Shown here: in pieces, positions 28,390 to 37,379 of the stretch | How the letters are laid out: every line of letters begins with the position of its first letter | How positions within the stretch are numbered: position 1 is the first letter of the stretch | Virus record (IMG/VR): IMGVR_UViG_3300028835_001764 | DNA: 53,231 nt | Reading direction: 5' to 3' (one strand) | Source of the DNA: a virus | The notes under the pieces: generated by a model | What the model saw: the letters and a program-made list of their open reading frames with translations, nothing else | Told to the model about the DNA's origin: nothing | Database searches by the model: none | Program-made: the position numbers and the translations under genes

Positions 28390-28701
28390 TCACAATACTT
28401 CCACTGTAATGCGAAGCCTAACGCCCTCGCGCGTCCCATCAGGCACGCCTTCAACCGGTCGCAGCTTCTTCTCGCGAAGCGCTCGGAGCTTCTCGTACAT
28501 TATGTCGAATTCGGTATCACTTGGAAAACCCAATTCGTCACAAATCTTCGATTCCAATCGCCTCTGTGTGACTGAAACAGTTTCGGGTCCGTCAGTGGCA
28601 GCATTCGGATCATCAATCAAAACGTGCTTTGAATCTGTCTCACCGATAAAATACGCCAGAGACACGTCGCCTTCAAGAACAAATAATGTGGTTTCGGCCA
28701 T
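28390..28701 (-). CDS. hypothetical protein
   Basis: A 103-aa ORF. Confidence 0.3.
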   Translation of the reverse strand: MAETTLFVLEGDVSLAYFIGETDSKHVLIDDPNAATDGPETVSVTQRRLESKICDELGFPSDTEFDIMYEKLRALREKKLRPVEGVPDGTREGVRLRITVEVL

Positions 28702-28717
28702 TTTTACCTCTCGTTAG

Positions 28718-29056
28718 TTAGAACACCTCAAACTTCCACTTCTTACCGTCAGTCACGCCTTTGATCAAGGCGTGAGTAACAAGTTTGCTTTCAAAATTCC
28801 CATTCTTGAAGACTAATGACATCTTCAAAAGCTTACCGATCCAGTGATTGATCTGCACTTTCTTGTCATCAGAAAACGAGTGGGTCAGTACCCCGAGAAC
28901 AGGGCACTTCAATCGTGGCTCCGTACCTGAAATTTCAACAACGCCTGTCTCCGGTCTTTTGACAATCAACTCGAAGAGATGGTTGTCCTCAGTCTCTACC
29001 AGAATAATTGATCCGACTGCCTGCTTAGTTACGTCTACACCGATTTCCCTGGTCAT
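28718..29056 (-). CDS. hypothetical protein
   Basis: A 112-aa ORF. Confidence 0.3.
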   Translation of the reverse strand: MTREIGVDVTKQAVGSIILVETEDNHLFELIVKRPETGVVEISGTEPRLKCPVLGVLTHSFSDDKKVQINHWIGKLLKMSLVFKNGNFESKLVTHALIKGVTDGKKWKFEVF

Positions 29057-29087
29057 AGCAATTATTCTCCTTCTATCAGTATGATTG

Positions 29088-29900
29088 TCAAACGGAGCCC
29101 CACCCCGACACTTTTTTCAGATCACCAACCAATTTCTCAGTTGAAATCGTCCCGGCGCACCATGCAGCAACGCGGGGAGGCAGATCAGAAATCCCCATCT
29201 CGAACATCAAGTCGATCATCTCGGCGATCTCGGCCTTCTTGCGCCGGCTATCGCTCACTCGTCGCCCCCTGTGAAGCTGTCTTCGTACTTTCCGCATTTC
29301 GGCAGGGCTTTTCTGGCGAGCCTCCAGGAGACGCTGTGCGGCCGTCTGAGCGGTCTTTGGGTCGTCTCGGTACGGAAGCACTGCGTCAAGGTCGCTTTGA
29401 GCCAGTCGGCCGGACGCAAACATCATTTGTACCGCGTATGGGAGGTCCAAGAGCCCCAATCGGCGGTACACCCATTGGCGGGGTCTTTTCAACTCTTTGG
29501 CAATCTCGCCGGGCGATTCGGACAACGGAAACAAGTGCCTGATCCCTTTAGCCTCTTCCAGGATATTCAGGTCTTGACGCTCTAAATTCTCAATCAGATT
29601 CAGCTTATGAGCCTCGAACTCAGAGAGATCACATTCCGTTACCATTGCCGGAATCTCACCCATGTGCAGCAGTCGGCACGCCTCGAATCGCCGGAAACCC
29701 GCGACAAGCCGGTAACAATAGCCGGGGTTCTTGTCCCAAGGTTGAATAATCACAGGAAATTGCAAACCAGTGTCACGGATGCTTTTGGCTAAAGCCTCAA
29801 CTGATTCCGGAGTAAACCGTCCCCGACAGTTGAAGAACGGGTCAATCCAAACTTGCGACATCGAGATCGCGTATGCGTTGTACTCAGGGAGACTTTTCAC
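29088..29900 (-). CDS. ParB-like nuclease domain protein
   Basis: LVAGFRRFEACRLLHMGEIPAMV is the ParB/Srx N-terminal GxRR motif. Confidence 0.7.
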   Translation of the reverse strand: MKSLPEYNAYAISMSQVWIDPFFNCRGRFTPESVEALAKSIRDTGLQFPVIIQPWDKNPGYCYRLVAGFRRFEACRLLHMGEIPAMVTECDLSEFEAHKLNLIENLERQDLNILEEAKGIRHLFPLSESPGEIAKELKRPRQWVYRRLGLLDLPYAVQMMFASGRLAQSDLDAVLPYRDDPKTAQTAAQRLLEARQKSPAEMRKVRRQLHRGRRVSDSRRKKAEIAEMIDLMFEMGISDLPPRVAAWCAGTISTEKLVGDLKKVSGWGSV

Positions 29901-30127
29901 GATTGCATTCCAAAGAAGTTAATTTCATGCCCGCATCGAATGCAGTGCTCAACAGTTCCTTTACGACCAGCCAGCGGCGCAAGAGAATCCTCCTCAAACC
30001 GGGCTGGTCTTCCTACGATCCAACCTCCACAGAAGTCGCAAGAATATGATGGGTCATTGGGCTTGCTTTCCAAAACCGGCAACGTCATGTTTCTCGGTGC
30101 CGGAACCCATATAGTTTGATACGGCAT
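29897..30127 (-). CDS. small zinc-ribbon protein
   Basis: CDFCGG...CIRCGHE is present. Confidence 0.3.
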   Translation of the reverse strand: MPYQTIWVPAPRNMTLPVLESKPNDPSYSCDFCGGWIVGRPARFEEDSLAPLAGRKGTVEHCIRCGHEINFFGMQS

Positions 30128-30130
30128 GAC

Positions 30131-31198
30131 TCAGACTTCTATTCCTGTGAAATTCGGTTTAGATAATATGTTATCCCCATCCCAATCATAAACACCAACA
30201 TCACCATGCGGGCTGATCAACACAAAGCTACAAATATTTTCAGCCCAGGTACCGGTATTGTAAACCTGTAACGGCAATGTTTGACGATACAATTGACCCG
30301 CGCGGTGCGTGTGTCCTGAAACAAGAACATCGTATTTGTCCAAATACTCGATCAGACGGGAGTTCATAACTTTCGCCCGATTAGGTTTACGAAGAATCCA
30401 GCGAACAAAACTCAATATCCGCTCTATGCGGCCCAGCGATCTGTTTTCAATCGTCTGGTATTTGTTCACAAGTGGCCCGCCGTTGCGATCCTCTCTGAGA
30501 CCGGTGTAGATGGCTGAAATTCGGCCTAGACCCGGTGTGTCATTGGCGCAGTAGCGATCTACCTCGTGGCCGTGAATGAAGTGAAATTGCTTACCGCCGA
30601 TAGTTTCAGTGTGACTTGTCACCATGTTTCTGAAAAATGGGTGTGTTAATTTCAAGTGTCCACGAAAGTTCACTAAATCAGCATCATGGTTACCCAAGAT
30701 GTAAATAGCCCCCATCGAAGCGAGTCGATTCAAAAGCCAAGGGCGGGCTGTAAGAACTCGACTCACATTGCTTTGCCACAGTTCAAAGAGATCGCCCGCA
30801 ATGATAAGGCGGCCATTCTGTCTCTCAACGTAATTAAGAAAAGACGTGAAATCTTGCATCCGACGCCCTTCGGACATGAAAACAAAATTGTCTCTTACAC
30901 CTCGATCACCGAGATGCAGATCGGATACAACAAAAATCGGCTGGGAAATCTTTTGCTTAGATCGCACCGGCTGCGGTTGAACCTGATGGACAGGTTCAGT
31001 AAACTGATCGTCGAGCGACTCAAAAGACTCAACAGACTCAACAGACTCGATAGGTGGGGCAATTGAAATTTCTGGCATGGTAGGTGTGACCTCTGGGTAA
31101 AACCATTCGTTAGCACAACACTGAAGCCGATACAAAACATCATTAGGATCAGTATCTTCTACAACGTTTTTGAACAAAATATTAACTTGGATGTCCAT
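30131..31198 (-). CDS. calcineurin-like metallophosphoesterase with repeat-containing N-terminal extension
   Basis: VVSDLHLGD, AGDLFELW, GNHD and GHTHR motifs are present. The N-terminal ESVESVESFESL is encoded by 9-bp repeats. Confidence 0.7.
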   Translation of the reverse strand: MDIQVNILFKNVVEDTDPNDVLYRLQCCANEWFYPEVTPTMPEISIAPPIESVESVESFESLDDQFTEPVHQVQPQPVRSKQKISQPIFVVSDLHLGDRGVRDNFVFMSEGRRMQDFTSFLNYVERQNGRLIIAGDLFELWQSNVSRVLTARPWLLNRLASMGAIYILGNHDADLVNFRGHLKLTHPFFRNMVTSHTETIGGKQFHFIHGHEVDRYCANDTPGLGRISAIYTGLREDRNGGPLVNKYQTIENRSLGRIERILSFVRWILRKPNRAKVMNSRLIEYLDKYDVLVSGHTHRAGQLYRQTLPLQVYNTGTWAENICSFVLISPHGDVGVYDWDGDNILSKPNFTGIEV

Positions 31199-31882
31199 CT
31201 ATTGGCCCAAATCACCAAACACAACCGGCAAGCGAGCTTGCATAGCAGACAGAATAGCAGAGAAAATGCCGCGAATCTCCCACTGTGCGTGCTTGTTCAG
31301 AGCCCTCTCGGTGAAAACATGTCGCCACTGTCTCAAGTTAAAGGTAACGGCCAGTTCAGTTTTTGTGGCATTTGGAAGCACGAATCGAGCGTCCTCGGGC
31401 CGGATGCCATCATCAAGCTCGCATTTGTACTCGTAGTACGCGCCATCTATTTGCTCAACCCACCGGCATTGGCGAAAACTTAAAGTAATCGCCTCGTAGT
31501 TTTGGGCGCCCATTAAATAATCACCGGGCGGAAGTCCAATGCTGGGCGGACAAATAACCTGCAGACTGTCACGCTTACCGTAATTGCAATAGCGCATCGA
31601 CTCCTGGCTGTATGTTGCAATTCTGTGCCGAACCAGTTGATGACTCATTGCCCGACTACCTATAACAATAGCCGTAACTGAGGCATGTTCCAGTACGCTC
31701 AAATGACGATTCTTCCGAATTTTCTTAACAAACGTATCAGCCGAGCCGGGAGTGATCTTCTCCTCAGATTTGTAGCAAATTCTGCCGCAGCGCTCAACAT
31801 GCTCCAAAAGAAACGGGAACATCGACAATGTGGTTTCGGGCCAATAGAAACGCGGTTCAACTATTGTAATCATGGATACCAA
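31199..31882 (-). CDS. thyX: FAD-dependent thymidylate synthase ThyX
   Basis: The ThyX signature RHRIATYSQESMRY (RHRxxSxxxxSxRY) is present. Confidence 0.85.
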   Translation of the reverse strand: MVSMITIVEPRFYWPETTLSMFPFLLEHVERCGRICYKSEEKITPGSADTFVKKIRKNRHLSVLEHASVTAIVIGSRAMSHQLVRHRIATYSQESMRYCNYGKRDSLQVICPPSIGLPPGDYLMGAQNYEAITLSFRQCRWVEQIDGAYYEYKCELDDGIRPEDARFVLPNATKTELAVTFNLRQWRHVFTERALNKHAQWEIRGIFSAILSAMQARLPVVFGDLGQ

Positions 31883-32424
31883 ATTTCTCCGTTGAAAAGG
31901 TTCTGGGCTTCGCCGATTTTGCCGTCGTACAGCATGTGACTAACTCCGCCACTTTCAAGAATCTCGATGCCAAGGTCCATCTCTTCTCGCCACCGTTCTG
32001 GCGTTCTGTCAAATGCCTGCAAATGTCCAACTACCAACTTGATGCCGGAGAGAACAATAGCACGAGCACAATCTGGGCAACAGGTCCACGAATAGACCAT
32101 TGTTCGACCGTTCAACGAAATGCCTAACAAAGCCGCTTTGTAAATGGCCGCCCGCTCCGCGTGCTCAGTGATCTTATACTTGCGAGGTCGTTCATGGTTT
32201 TTCGGATCATCAGCCATAGCCGGATCGATAAACGCATTGGCACCACTGACAAGAATCTCGCCATCATCATTGATCACCACCGCGCCAATCTTGGTGCTGG
32301 TATCGGTACTCTCTTTGAAAGCCACCTCGTAAGCGGCGAGTATCAAGTCTCGAAAAACCGGATTCCTTGTTTCAGTCACCGCAACTCCCTCCCCGCAGTT
32401 CACAAACATCGACTGATTCCTCAA
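31870..32424 (-). CDS. dCMP/cytidine deaminase
   Basis: HAERAAI (H[AC]E zinc motif) and CCPDCARAI (PCxxC) are present. Confidence 0.8.
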   Translation of the reverse strand: MRNQSMFVNCGEGVAVTETRNPVFRDLILAAYEVAFKESTDTSTKIGAVVINDDGEILVSGANAFIDPAMADDPKNHERPRKYKITEHAERAAIYKAALLGISLNGRTMVYSWTCCPDCARAIVLSGIKLVVGHLQAFDRTPERWREEMDLGIEILESGGVSHMLYDGKIGEAQNLFNGEIWYP

Positions 32425-34027
32425 TCAATTCCGCACCCTCGTGAGCAACCGCTTCTTCATAAGGAACTGGTGTCAGTGGTTGCCCGGAGCGGCTACCATC
32501 CGGATAGCATGTGATACCTCGAAGCTGAGGTAGGTATCGCATAAGCATGGAACCAAATGGTCGTATCGTGCGTTGATTATTCAACTCACTACCGTAGGCG
32601 GGTAGATTGATCGTACTGCTGATGCAGTGATCAACATAACCTTGCACCCAAACCTGGAAAGCCACTCGCTTCTCGACATCTTGTGCAAGCGTATAAGCGT
32701 CGTCAATCTTACTCGGATCAACTCCGCTCTCGATCAAACGTCTGGCACACGGATCGACAACATACTGATAGAAGTATCGTTCGCCTTTCAGGTATCGTCT
32801 CTTGTAGGCAACACAAAAAATTGGTTCAATGGCGCTGGTAGTTTCAGCTATAATCGACGTAGTTCCGTTAGGCGCAATTGCCCGAGTCTTTTTCGGACGA
32901 CTCAGCTTCCACTCATCAGCCCACTTGTTAGCTGACCGACCGGATTTCGCATACGCCGCCAACCATTCTCCCAACTCTTCATCCGGAGCATAAGGCCGCC
33001 CACGTTTAAGAAGCCATTCTGTGACTCCCATCAAGCCAAGACCGAGCCGACGATTCTTACTGCGAACCTTGTCTACATCACTATAAGGAACATCTGAGTA
33101 AACTGAACCCGCCGTCAGAAACGCCATCGCAAGATCAATGAGAATTTTGAATTCATCGAGACTCTCGACTCGCGCTAAGTTAATTGAGCCCAAGTTGCAA
33201 ATATCATCTGTGTCTCGACTAGACAATTCTCCGCAGGCGTTTCTTAACGTTTCATTGGTATTCTTTCCAATGTCAACACTAAAGCCCGGCTCACCAGTCC
33301 GAAGCATCTGTTCAATGACTGCCCAATAGACGCTGTGTGCCAACGCATGATGCTCATGTTCATCATCCCCATAGGCTTCAAAGAACAGATCATCCAATTG
33401 CACACTGATGTTAGTGAAATCCAAAGTTGCAGGGAAACTGAAGTCTTTAGCTTTCAAACTGCAAATTTCTTCGGACCAATTCTTTATCCGAATGAATCGG
33501 TGAACATCCGGATGATTCCACTTCAAACCGGCCCATATAGCGCTACGTCGTGTACTACCCTGCATAATCCCTCGGCCACATTCATTCAGTATTTGCATAA
33601 GGGAAAGTGGTCCAGATGCTAAGCCACCTGTCTTGCGAATCGGTGAACCTTCACATCGAATATCGGAGTAGTCAACTCCAATCCCTGCGCCCGACATCAG
33701 AGCCATGCTGGCTTTCATCAGCAACTCCGACCAGCCTTCTCGACTATCGTGAACCTTAAGCATAAGGCAGTTTTGCACCTGGTGATACTGACGCCCGGAC
33801 GCATAGAGGTAACGCCCCGCCGGAATAAACTTTCGCTCAGTAATAACACGCCGAATATCCTGGGCAAATTTCTGCCGCATATCAATACCAACAGCCCGCA
33901 TAACATTCTTTGTCACACGATCGGCAATCTCAGGCCATGTCTCTTTTCGATCTTCAACATCATGGGCATAAGTTCGATCCATGATATTCTGCGCAAAGAC
34001 CGACATTGATTCCGTTGCATTTTCCAC
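32372..34027 (-). CDS. ribonucleotide reductase catalytic subunit (likely class II/NrdJ-like; no NrdB seen)
   Basis: NACGELSS...CNLGSINL matches the RNR active-site loop. Glycine-rich SGAGIGVDYS is present. The size is 551 aa and no beta subunit is in the window. Confidence 0.7.
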   Translation of the reverse strand: MENATESMSVFAQNIMDRTYAHDVEDRKETWPEIADRVTKNVMRAVGIDMRQKFAQDIRRVITERKFIPAGRYLYASGRQYHQVQNCLMLKVHDSREGWSELLMKASMALMSGAGIGVDYSDIRCEGSPIRKTGGLASGPLSLMQILNECGRGIMQGSTRRSAIWAGLKWNHPDVHRFIRIKNWSEEICSLKAKDFSFPATLDFTNISVQLDDLFFEAYGDDEHEHHALAHSVYWAVIEQMLRTGEPGFSVDIGKNTNETLRNACGELSSRDTDDICNLGSINLARVESLDEFKILIDLAMAFLTAGSVYSDVPYSDVDKVRSKNRRLGLGLMGVTEWLLKRGRPYAPDEELGEWLAAYAKSGRSANKWADEWKLSRPKKTRAIAPNGTTSIIAETTSAIEPIFCVAYKRRYLKGERYFYQYVVDPCARRLIESGVDPSKIDDAYTLAQDVEKRVAFQVWVQGYVDHCISSTINLPAYGSELNNQRTIRPFGSMLMRYLPQLRGITCYPDGSRSGQPLTPVPYEEAVAHEGAELIEESVDVCELRGGSCGD

Positions 34028-34038
34028 ACAAATATCCT

Positions 34039-34476
34039 CTACAGTAAGTTGTTATCAATTTCCTCTTCAGTCCAAACAAACTCAGTACCATCCGAAATAC
34101 GAAGCCCGAGATGATGCACAGGTCCCGAGCACCAAGGTGATGCTTGATGGAACACATCCGCTGTACGGCCATCTTTCAGAATGTGGCGATGTAAAAGAAA
34201 TTCCTCGTCAAACATCCCGAAGTAGCTGCCAATTTTCTCCGACTTGCGAGGAAATGGCCGCTGGCAACATTCGCAAATTTTCATCGGTACTTCATGCTCT
34301 TCAAGAAAAGCATCAGCAGCCGGTGGAAGCCCCATAAATTGATCGCATCGAATTCCCATGATCGCTCCCTTAGTAAATGATGGTCCGTTTGCGGTTTTCA
34401 TTGATCCTTTGTAACGTCTCCAGCAAATTGAATGGCGGTGCCTCAAGTTCAGCCATGTCACCGTACACCTTAGCAA
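34039..34476 (-). CDS. hypothetical protein
   Basis: A 145-aa ORF. Confidence 0.3.
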   Translation of the reverse strand: MLRCTVTWLNLRHRHSICWRRYKGSMKTANGPSFTKGAIMGIRCDQFMGLPPAADAFLEEHEVPMKICECCQRPFPRKSEKIGSYFGMFDEEFLLHRHILKDGRTADVFHQASPWCSGPVHHLGLRISDGTEFVWTEEEIDNNLL

Positions 34477-34527
34477 TTTGAGAGCAAATGTACCAAAGGC
34501 AATTTAATCTTCGCCATTCTTGTCTCC

Positions 34528-34600
34528 AAGCCGACGGTAGGAATCGAACCCACAACAAGCGCATTACAGATGCGCGGCTCTACCAATTGAGCTACACCGG
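34528..34600 (-). tRNA. tRNA, probable Thr (anticodon UGU; loop TCTGTAA with unusual C33)
   Basis: The manual cloverleaf is GCCGGTG-TA-GCTC..GAGC-C-GCGCA/TCTGTAA/TGCGC-TTGTT-GTGGG/TTCGATT/CCTAC-CGTCGGC-T. CCA is not encoded. Confidence 0.6.
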
Positions 34601-34603
34601 CAA

Positions 34604-34677
34604 GTGGGCAATGCGGGACTCGAACCTGCGACATCTGCCTTGTAAGGGCAGCGCTCTAACCAACTGAGCTAATTGCC
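34604..34677 (-). tRNA. tRNA-Val (anticodon UAC)
   Basis: GGGCAAT...CTGCC/CTTACAA/GGCAG...GCAGG/TTCGAGT/CCCGC-ATTGCCC-A is a clean cloverleaf. Confidence 0.75.
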
Positions 34678-34681
34678 CTAA

Positions 34682-34757
34682 GTAGCGGGCATGGGATTTG
34701 AACCCACGACCTCCTGGTTATGAGCCAGGCGAGCTAAACCAGACTGCTCTAACCCGC
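34682..34757 (-). tRNA. tRNA with CAU anticodon (Met or Ile2); U1·U72 mismatch at the top of the acceptor stem
   Basis: The fold is TGCGGGT-TA-GAGC(11-nt D loop)GCTC-G-CCTGG/CTCATAA/CCAGG-AGGTC-GTGGG/TTCAAAT/CCCAT-GCCCGCT-A. Confidence 0.65.
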
Positions 34758-35108
34758 ATCAAACTTCAAATACGAAGTAACTCTCGATTTCTCAAGCCAT
34801 CGGGGCACCTTTCGGAACACACCAGCCAAAGGATCATAGTATTTGTTCTTGTACCAAACAACCCAATGCGATCCGCCACTTGGATGTGTAAACTTCAATA
34901 TTGCCGAACCCTCTCCCGGAAATCCACGTGTCAACTTGTCACCGCATGTGACTCCCGTCTGCCGCAATGCTGCGACCACATGCTTTGTGCGAGTCTGCCC
35001 TCTGCGACAAAAAATCATCAACGACTTTTCAAGCGTAAATCCGCAGATTGTTGCAACACATGCCTGACCACATTGGCTACTTCCAACTGGCTGTTTCACA
35101 AGTTTCAT
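34749..35108 (-). CDS. C39-like (papain-fold) cysteine peptidase domain protein
   Basis: QCGQACVATICG is the catalytic Cys motif. A downstream GSHWVVW...YYDP (His) is present. The ORF overlaps the tRNA 5' end by 9 nt. Confidence 0.5.
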   Translation of the reverse strand: MKLVKQPVGSSQCGQACVATICGFTLEKSLMIFCRRGQTRTKHVVAALRQTGVTCGDKLTRGFPGEGSAILKFTHPSGGSHWVVWYKNKYYDPLAGVFRKVPRWLEKSRVTSYLKFDAG

Positions 35109-35277
35109 CGAACTTCGATCTCTCTGACCCGTATCATAAAACCTATAGCCCCGCCGATGCTCAACGCTACCACTTCACAACAGTATCGCTACTGTAATCG
35201 TGGTTTAACATTAGAACTATAAGGACTCAAAAATTTGTTTCAGTTTCTCCTGGAAAGCATAATAATGATCTACGCTA

Positions 35278-35520
35278 TCATTGTCCTTCCATTGCCTGTG
35301 CATCACCCACGACTTCAAATTCCACAACACGGCCGGCGTCAAACGTGTCGTCTAACGCCTCCACTAAATAGTCGCTGTATTTAGGTTCTTGTAGTGCGTC
35401 GGGATCAACACCTATTCCATCATCACCAAAATCACAAACAATCAACAGCACATTTCTCCGCTGAGTATTAAGTGTTTCAATAATGCTCACTTCAGATTTA
35501 GTCAAACTGTAGAGTTTCAT
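35278..35520 (-). CDS. hypothetical protein
   Basis: An 80-aa acidic ORF. Confidence 0.25.
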   Translation of the reverse strand: MKLYSLTKSEVSIIETLNTQRRNVLLIVCDFGDDGIGVDPDALQEPKYSDYLVEALDDTFDAGRVVEFEVVGDAQAMEGQ

Positions 35521-35535
35521 AGCATACCCCTAAGA

Positions 35536-36129
35536 TTAAAAGTTTATTTTCAGTTTTTTCTGAAAAACATGGTAGTGATCCAACATATCGTGGCCCTTCC
35601 GTTGCATAAGCCGCTCAACAACCTCTTCATCTGAGAACGGTCGCCACTCCCCCGTCAATTGGAAAGCGGTATCAGGCGACACATCCATCGACCGGCGCTC
35701 CGGCCAAATTGCATCCAGACATGCTTCACGCTGATTGTGACAATGCCCGTATAAATGAAGCGAACCACGATGACTCGACGGCCAGTGCGCATGTGGATAG
35801 TGCGACAGGAACGCCAAGGCTCCACACACCTTCTTCACCATGCGTGTCAAATACATGGCCCCGCCAAACACATTTCGACACTTGGCTTCACTATCATGGT
35901 TGCCAACAATCAAAGTCACATGGCGACATCGAATCCGTTGTCTCCAATAACCCGGCCGCTTCCACGCAAAGTCTCCGAGAATGAATAAGCGATCTGCACG
36001 ATCCACCAGTCTATTGATATTACCCAATATCAACTCGTTCCACTCGTCTAAAGTGAATGGACGGGTCACCTGCGGTTCAAAGAACTTCGCGTGGTCAAAA
36101 TGACAATCCGCAGTGAAAAATGTTTTCAT
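35536..36129 (-). CDS. metallophosphoesterase (lambda-phosphatase-like)
   Basis: ADCHFDH, ILGDF, GNHD and GHCH motifs are present. The start is taken at an internal Met (MKTFFTADCHFDH). Confidence 0.65.
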   Translation of the reverse strand: MKTFFTADCHFDHAKFFEPQVTRPFTLDEWNELILGNINRLVDRADRLFILGDFAWKRPGYWRQRIRCRHVTLIVGNHDSEAKCRNVFGGAMYLTRMVKKVCGALAFLSHYPHAHWPSSHRGSLHLYGHCHNQREACLDAIWPERRSMDVSPDTAFQLTGEWRPFSDEEVVERLMQRKGHDMLDHYHVFQKKLKINF

Positions 36130-36140
36130 AGCTCCAAGAC

Positions 36141-36767
36141 TTATAGTGAAAAGACTCCTACAAAGGCTTCGGCATTCGGAGTCCAATACTCGTTTAGCCG
36201 GGGAATACTAAGTTTCTCGATGCGCAAACCAGTGAGTCCTTTAGACAACAATTCCGGTGTAAGCACGTGCGGATGGCATTTGTCGGCTGGAATGTTAATC
36301 CATTCAAAGATACGAAGCCGACCGCACCTATTGAGATGATTTTTTGCTTCGACAAGAACCTTGTTTGGATCGGCAACATGTTGAAGCACATTACATATCC
36401 AAACCTCATCGGCCGGCCACACATCAACCGTCAATAAATCCTCGCCCGCACAACGTACAAAGTCGATGCCATACTGACAATACCGGCGAAGTACAGCTTT
36501 TGGCCAGGCGATAGGATCAACAACAGTGAGACGCGAGGCGTGGTGACACCGAAGTGTCATTGACACAGGACCCCCGCCTATATCAATCACGGACTTACCT
36601 TGCATGTCAAACTCACCATTGTCGCCGTAATCAGCAATCAATTGCATTTCACGACTGTACATTTCTTGTTTGACAAACTCCTGCCATGTCGATAAGTTGA
36701 GACAGTCACCCCAGAATTTAGCTTCGTGTTTCTGGGCGTCGATCCAAATCTGAGAATCAGTCGTCAT
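36141..36767 (-). CDS. SAM-dependent methyltransferase
   Basis: Motif I VIDIGGGPV is present. The likely start is MTTDSQIWIDAQ at 36767. The upstream T/S/I-rich 68 codons of the long ORF are probably not translated. Confidence 0.6.
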   Translation of the reverse strand: MTTDSQIWIDAQKHEAKFWGDCLNLSTWQEFVKQEMYSREMQLIADYGDNGEFDMQGKSVIDIGGGPVSMTLRCHHASRLTVVDPIAWPKAVLRRYCQYGIDFVRCAGEDLLTVDVWPADEVWICNVLQHVADPNKVLVEAKNHLNRCGRLRIFEWINIPADKCHPHVLTPELLSKGLTGLRIEKLSIPRLNEYWTPNAEAFVGVFSL

Positions 36768-36996
36768 CGTCCTCGTCGTCCTCGTGATTGTAATCAAAGT
36801 CGTCCTCGTCGAGATCATCGAGATCATCGAAATCATCATCGAAATCATCATCGAAATCGCCGTCAAAATCGCCGTCAAAATCGTCGTCAAAATCGTCGTC
36901 GTCGTCGTCGATTTTGTCGTCGAAGTCGTCGTCGTGAAAGTCGTCAACAAAGTCGTTGTCGAAGTCGTCAAGAGTAGGGTAACTGCTTTCGGGCAT
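36757..36996 (-). CDS. extremely acidic D/F-repeat protein (candidate DNA mimic/anti-restriction)
   Basis: The 79-aa product is MPESSYPTLDDFDNDFVDDFHDDDFDDKIDDDDDDFDDDFDGDFDGDFDDDFDDDFDDLDDLDEDDFDYNHEDDEDDDD. A GGGAG RBS lies 6 nt upstream of the ATG at 36996. It overlaps the downstream methylase start by 11 nt. Confidence 0.45.
   Translation of the reverse strand: MPESSYPTLDDFDNDFVDDFHDDDFDDKIDDDDDDFDDDFDGDFDGDFDDDFDDDFDDLDDLDEDDFDYNHEDDEDDDD
36775..36965. repeat. imperfect 12-bp tandem repeats (GTCGTC/ATCATCGAAATC units) encoding the acidic repeat
   Basis: Seen directly in the sequence: atcgaaatcatc x3, cgccgtcaaaat x2, cgtcgtcaaaat x2 and (gtc)n runs. Confidence 0.8.
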
Positions 36997-37033
36997 TTGT
37001 CTCTCCCTTTCCCTTTGGAACAAGTTAAATCAG

Positions 37034-37378
37034 TTACGGTTGAATGATCGGCGAAGGTGGTTCAGTTGGCGGTGAAGGCGGTTCAGTTGGCGGTGGCTGC
37101 GGCGCGCCTGCCGTAGGCGGTGCCACTCGATGAATACGAGACTTAATCGAGTACCACTGCAACAACATCTTGAAAACATCGTCGGCCGATAGACCCTCAA
37201 AGCAAGCCAATGGAAACTGAAGGCTATTACCTGCAAAGAAATGGACATGGTACTGGACAATAAGACCATTAGGCAAAGTGACCTTAAGAGTTGTATCGAT
37301 CATCGGACTGATGGTCTCTTCCACCTCTTGCATCTGACCATCATACGGCCCACCAAGAAAAAGAATTCGTGACGCCAT
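37034..37378 (-). CDS. hypothetical protein with Pro-rich C-terminal repeat (PPTEPPSP)x2
   Basis: A 24-bp tandem repeat at about 37040-37110 encodes the repeat. Confidence 0.3.
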   Translation of the reverse strand: MASRILFLGGPYDGQMQEVEETISPMIDTTLKVTLPNGLIVQYHVHFFAGNSLQFPLACFEGLSADDVFKMLLQWYSIKSRIHRVAPPTAGAPQPPPTEPPSPPTEPPSPIIQP

Positions 37379-37379
37379 G

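Noticed and set aside
32372-34027. Class I RNR (NrdA) assignment
   Set aside because: The protein is only 551 aa and no NrdB/NrdF-like subunit is in the window, so class II (NrdJ-like) is favoured, though unproven.
36768-36971. T/S/I-rich 68-codon N-terminal extension of the SAM methyltransferase ORF, and Arg/His-rich plus-strand ORFs over the same repeats
   Set aside because: All are low-complexity products of the 12-bp tandem repeat. Only the acidic frame has an RBS and a sensible start. The methyltransferase homology begins at Met69.
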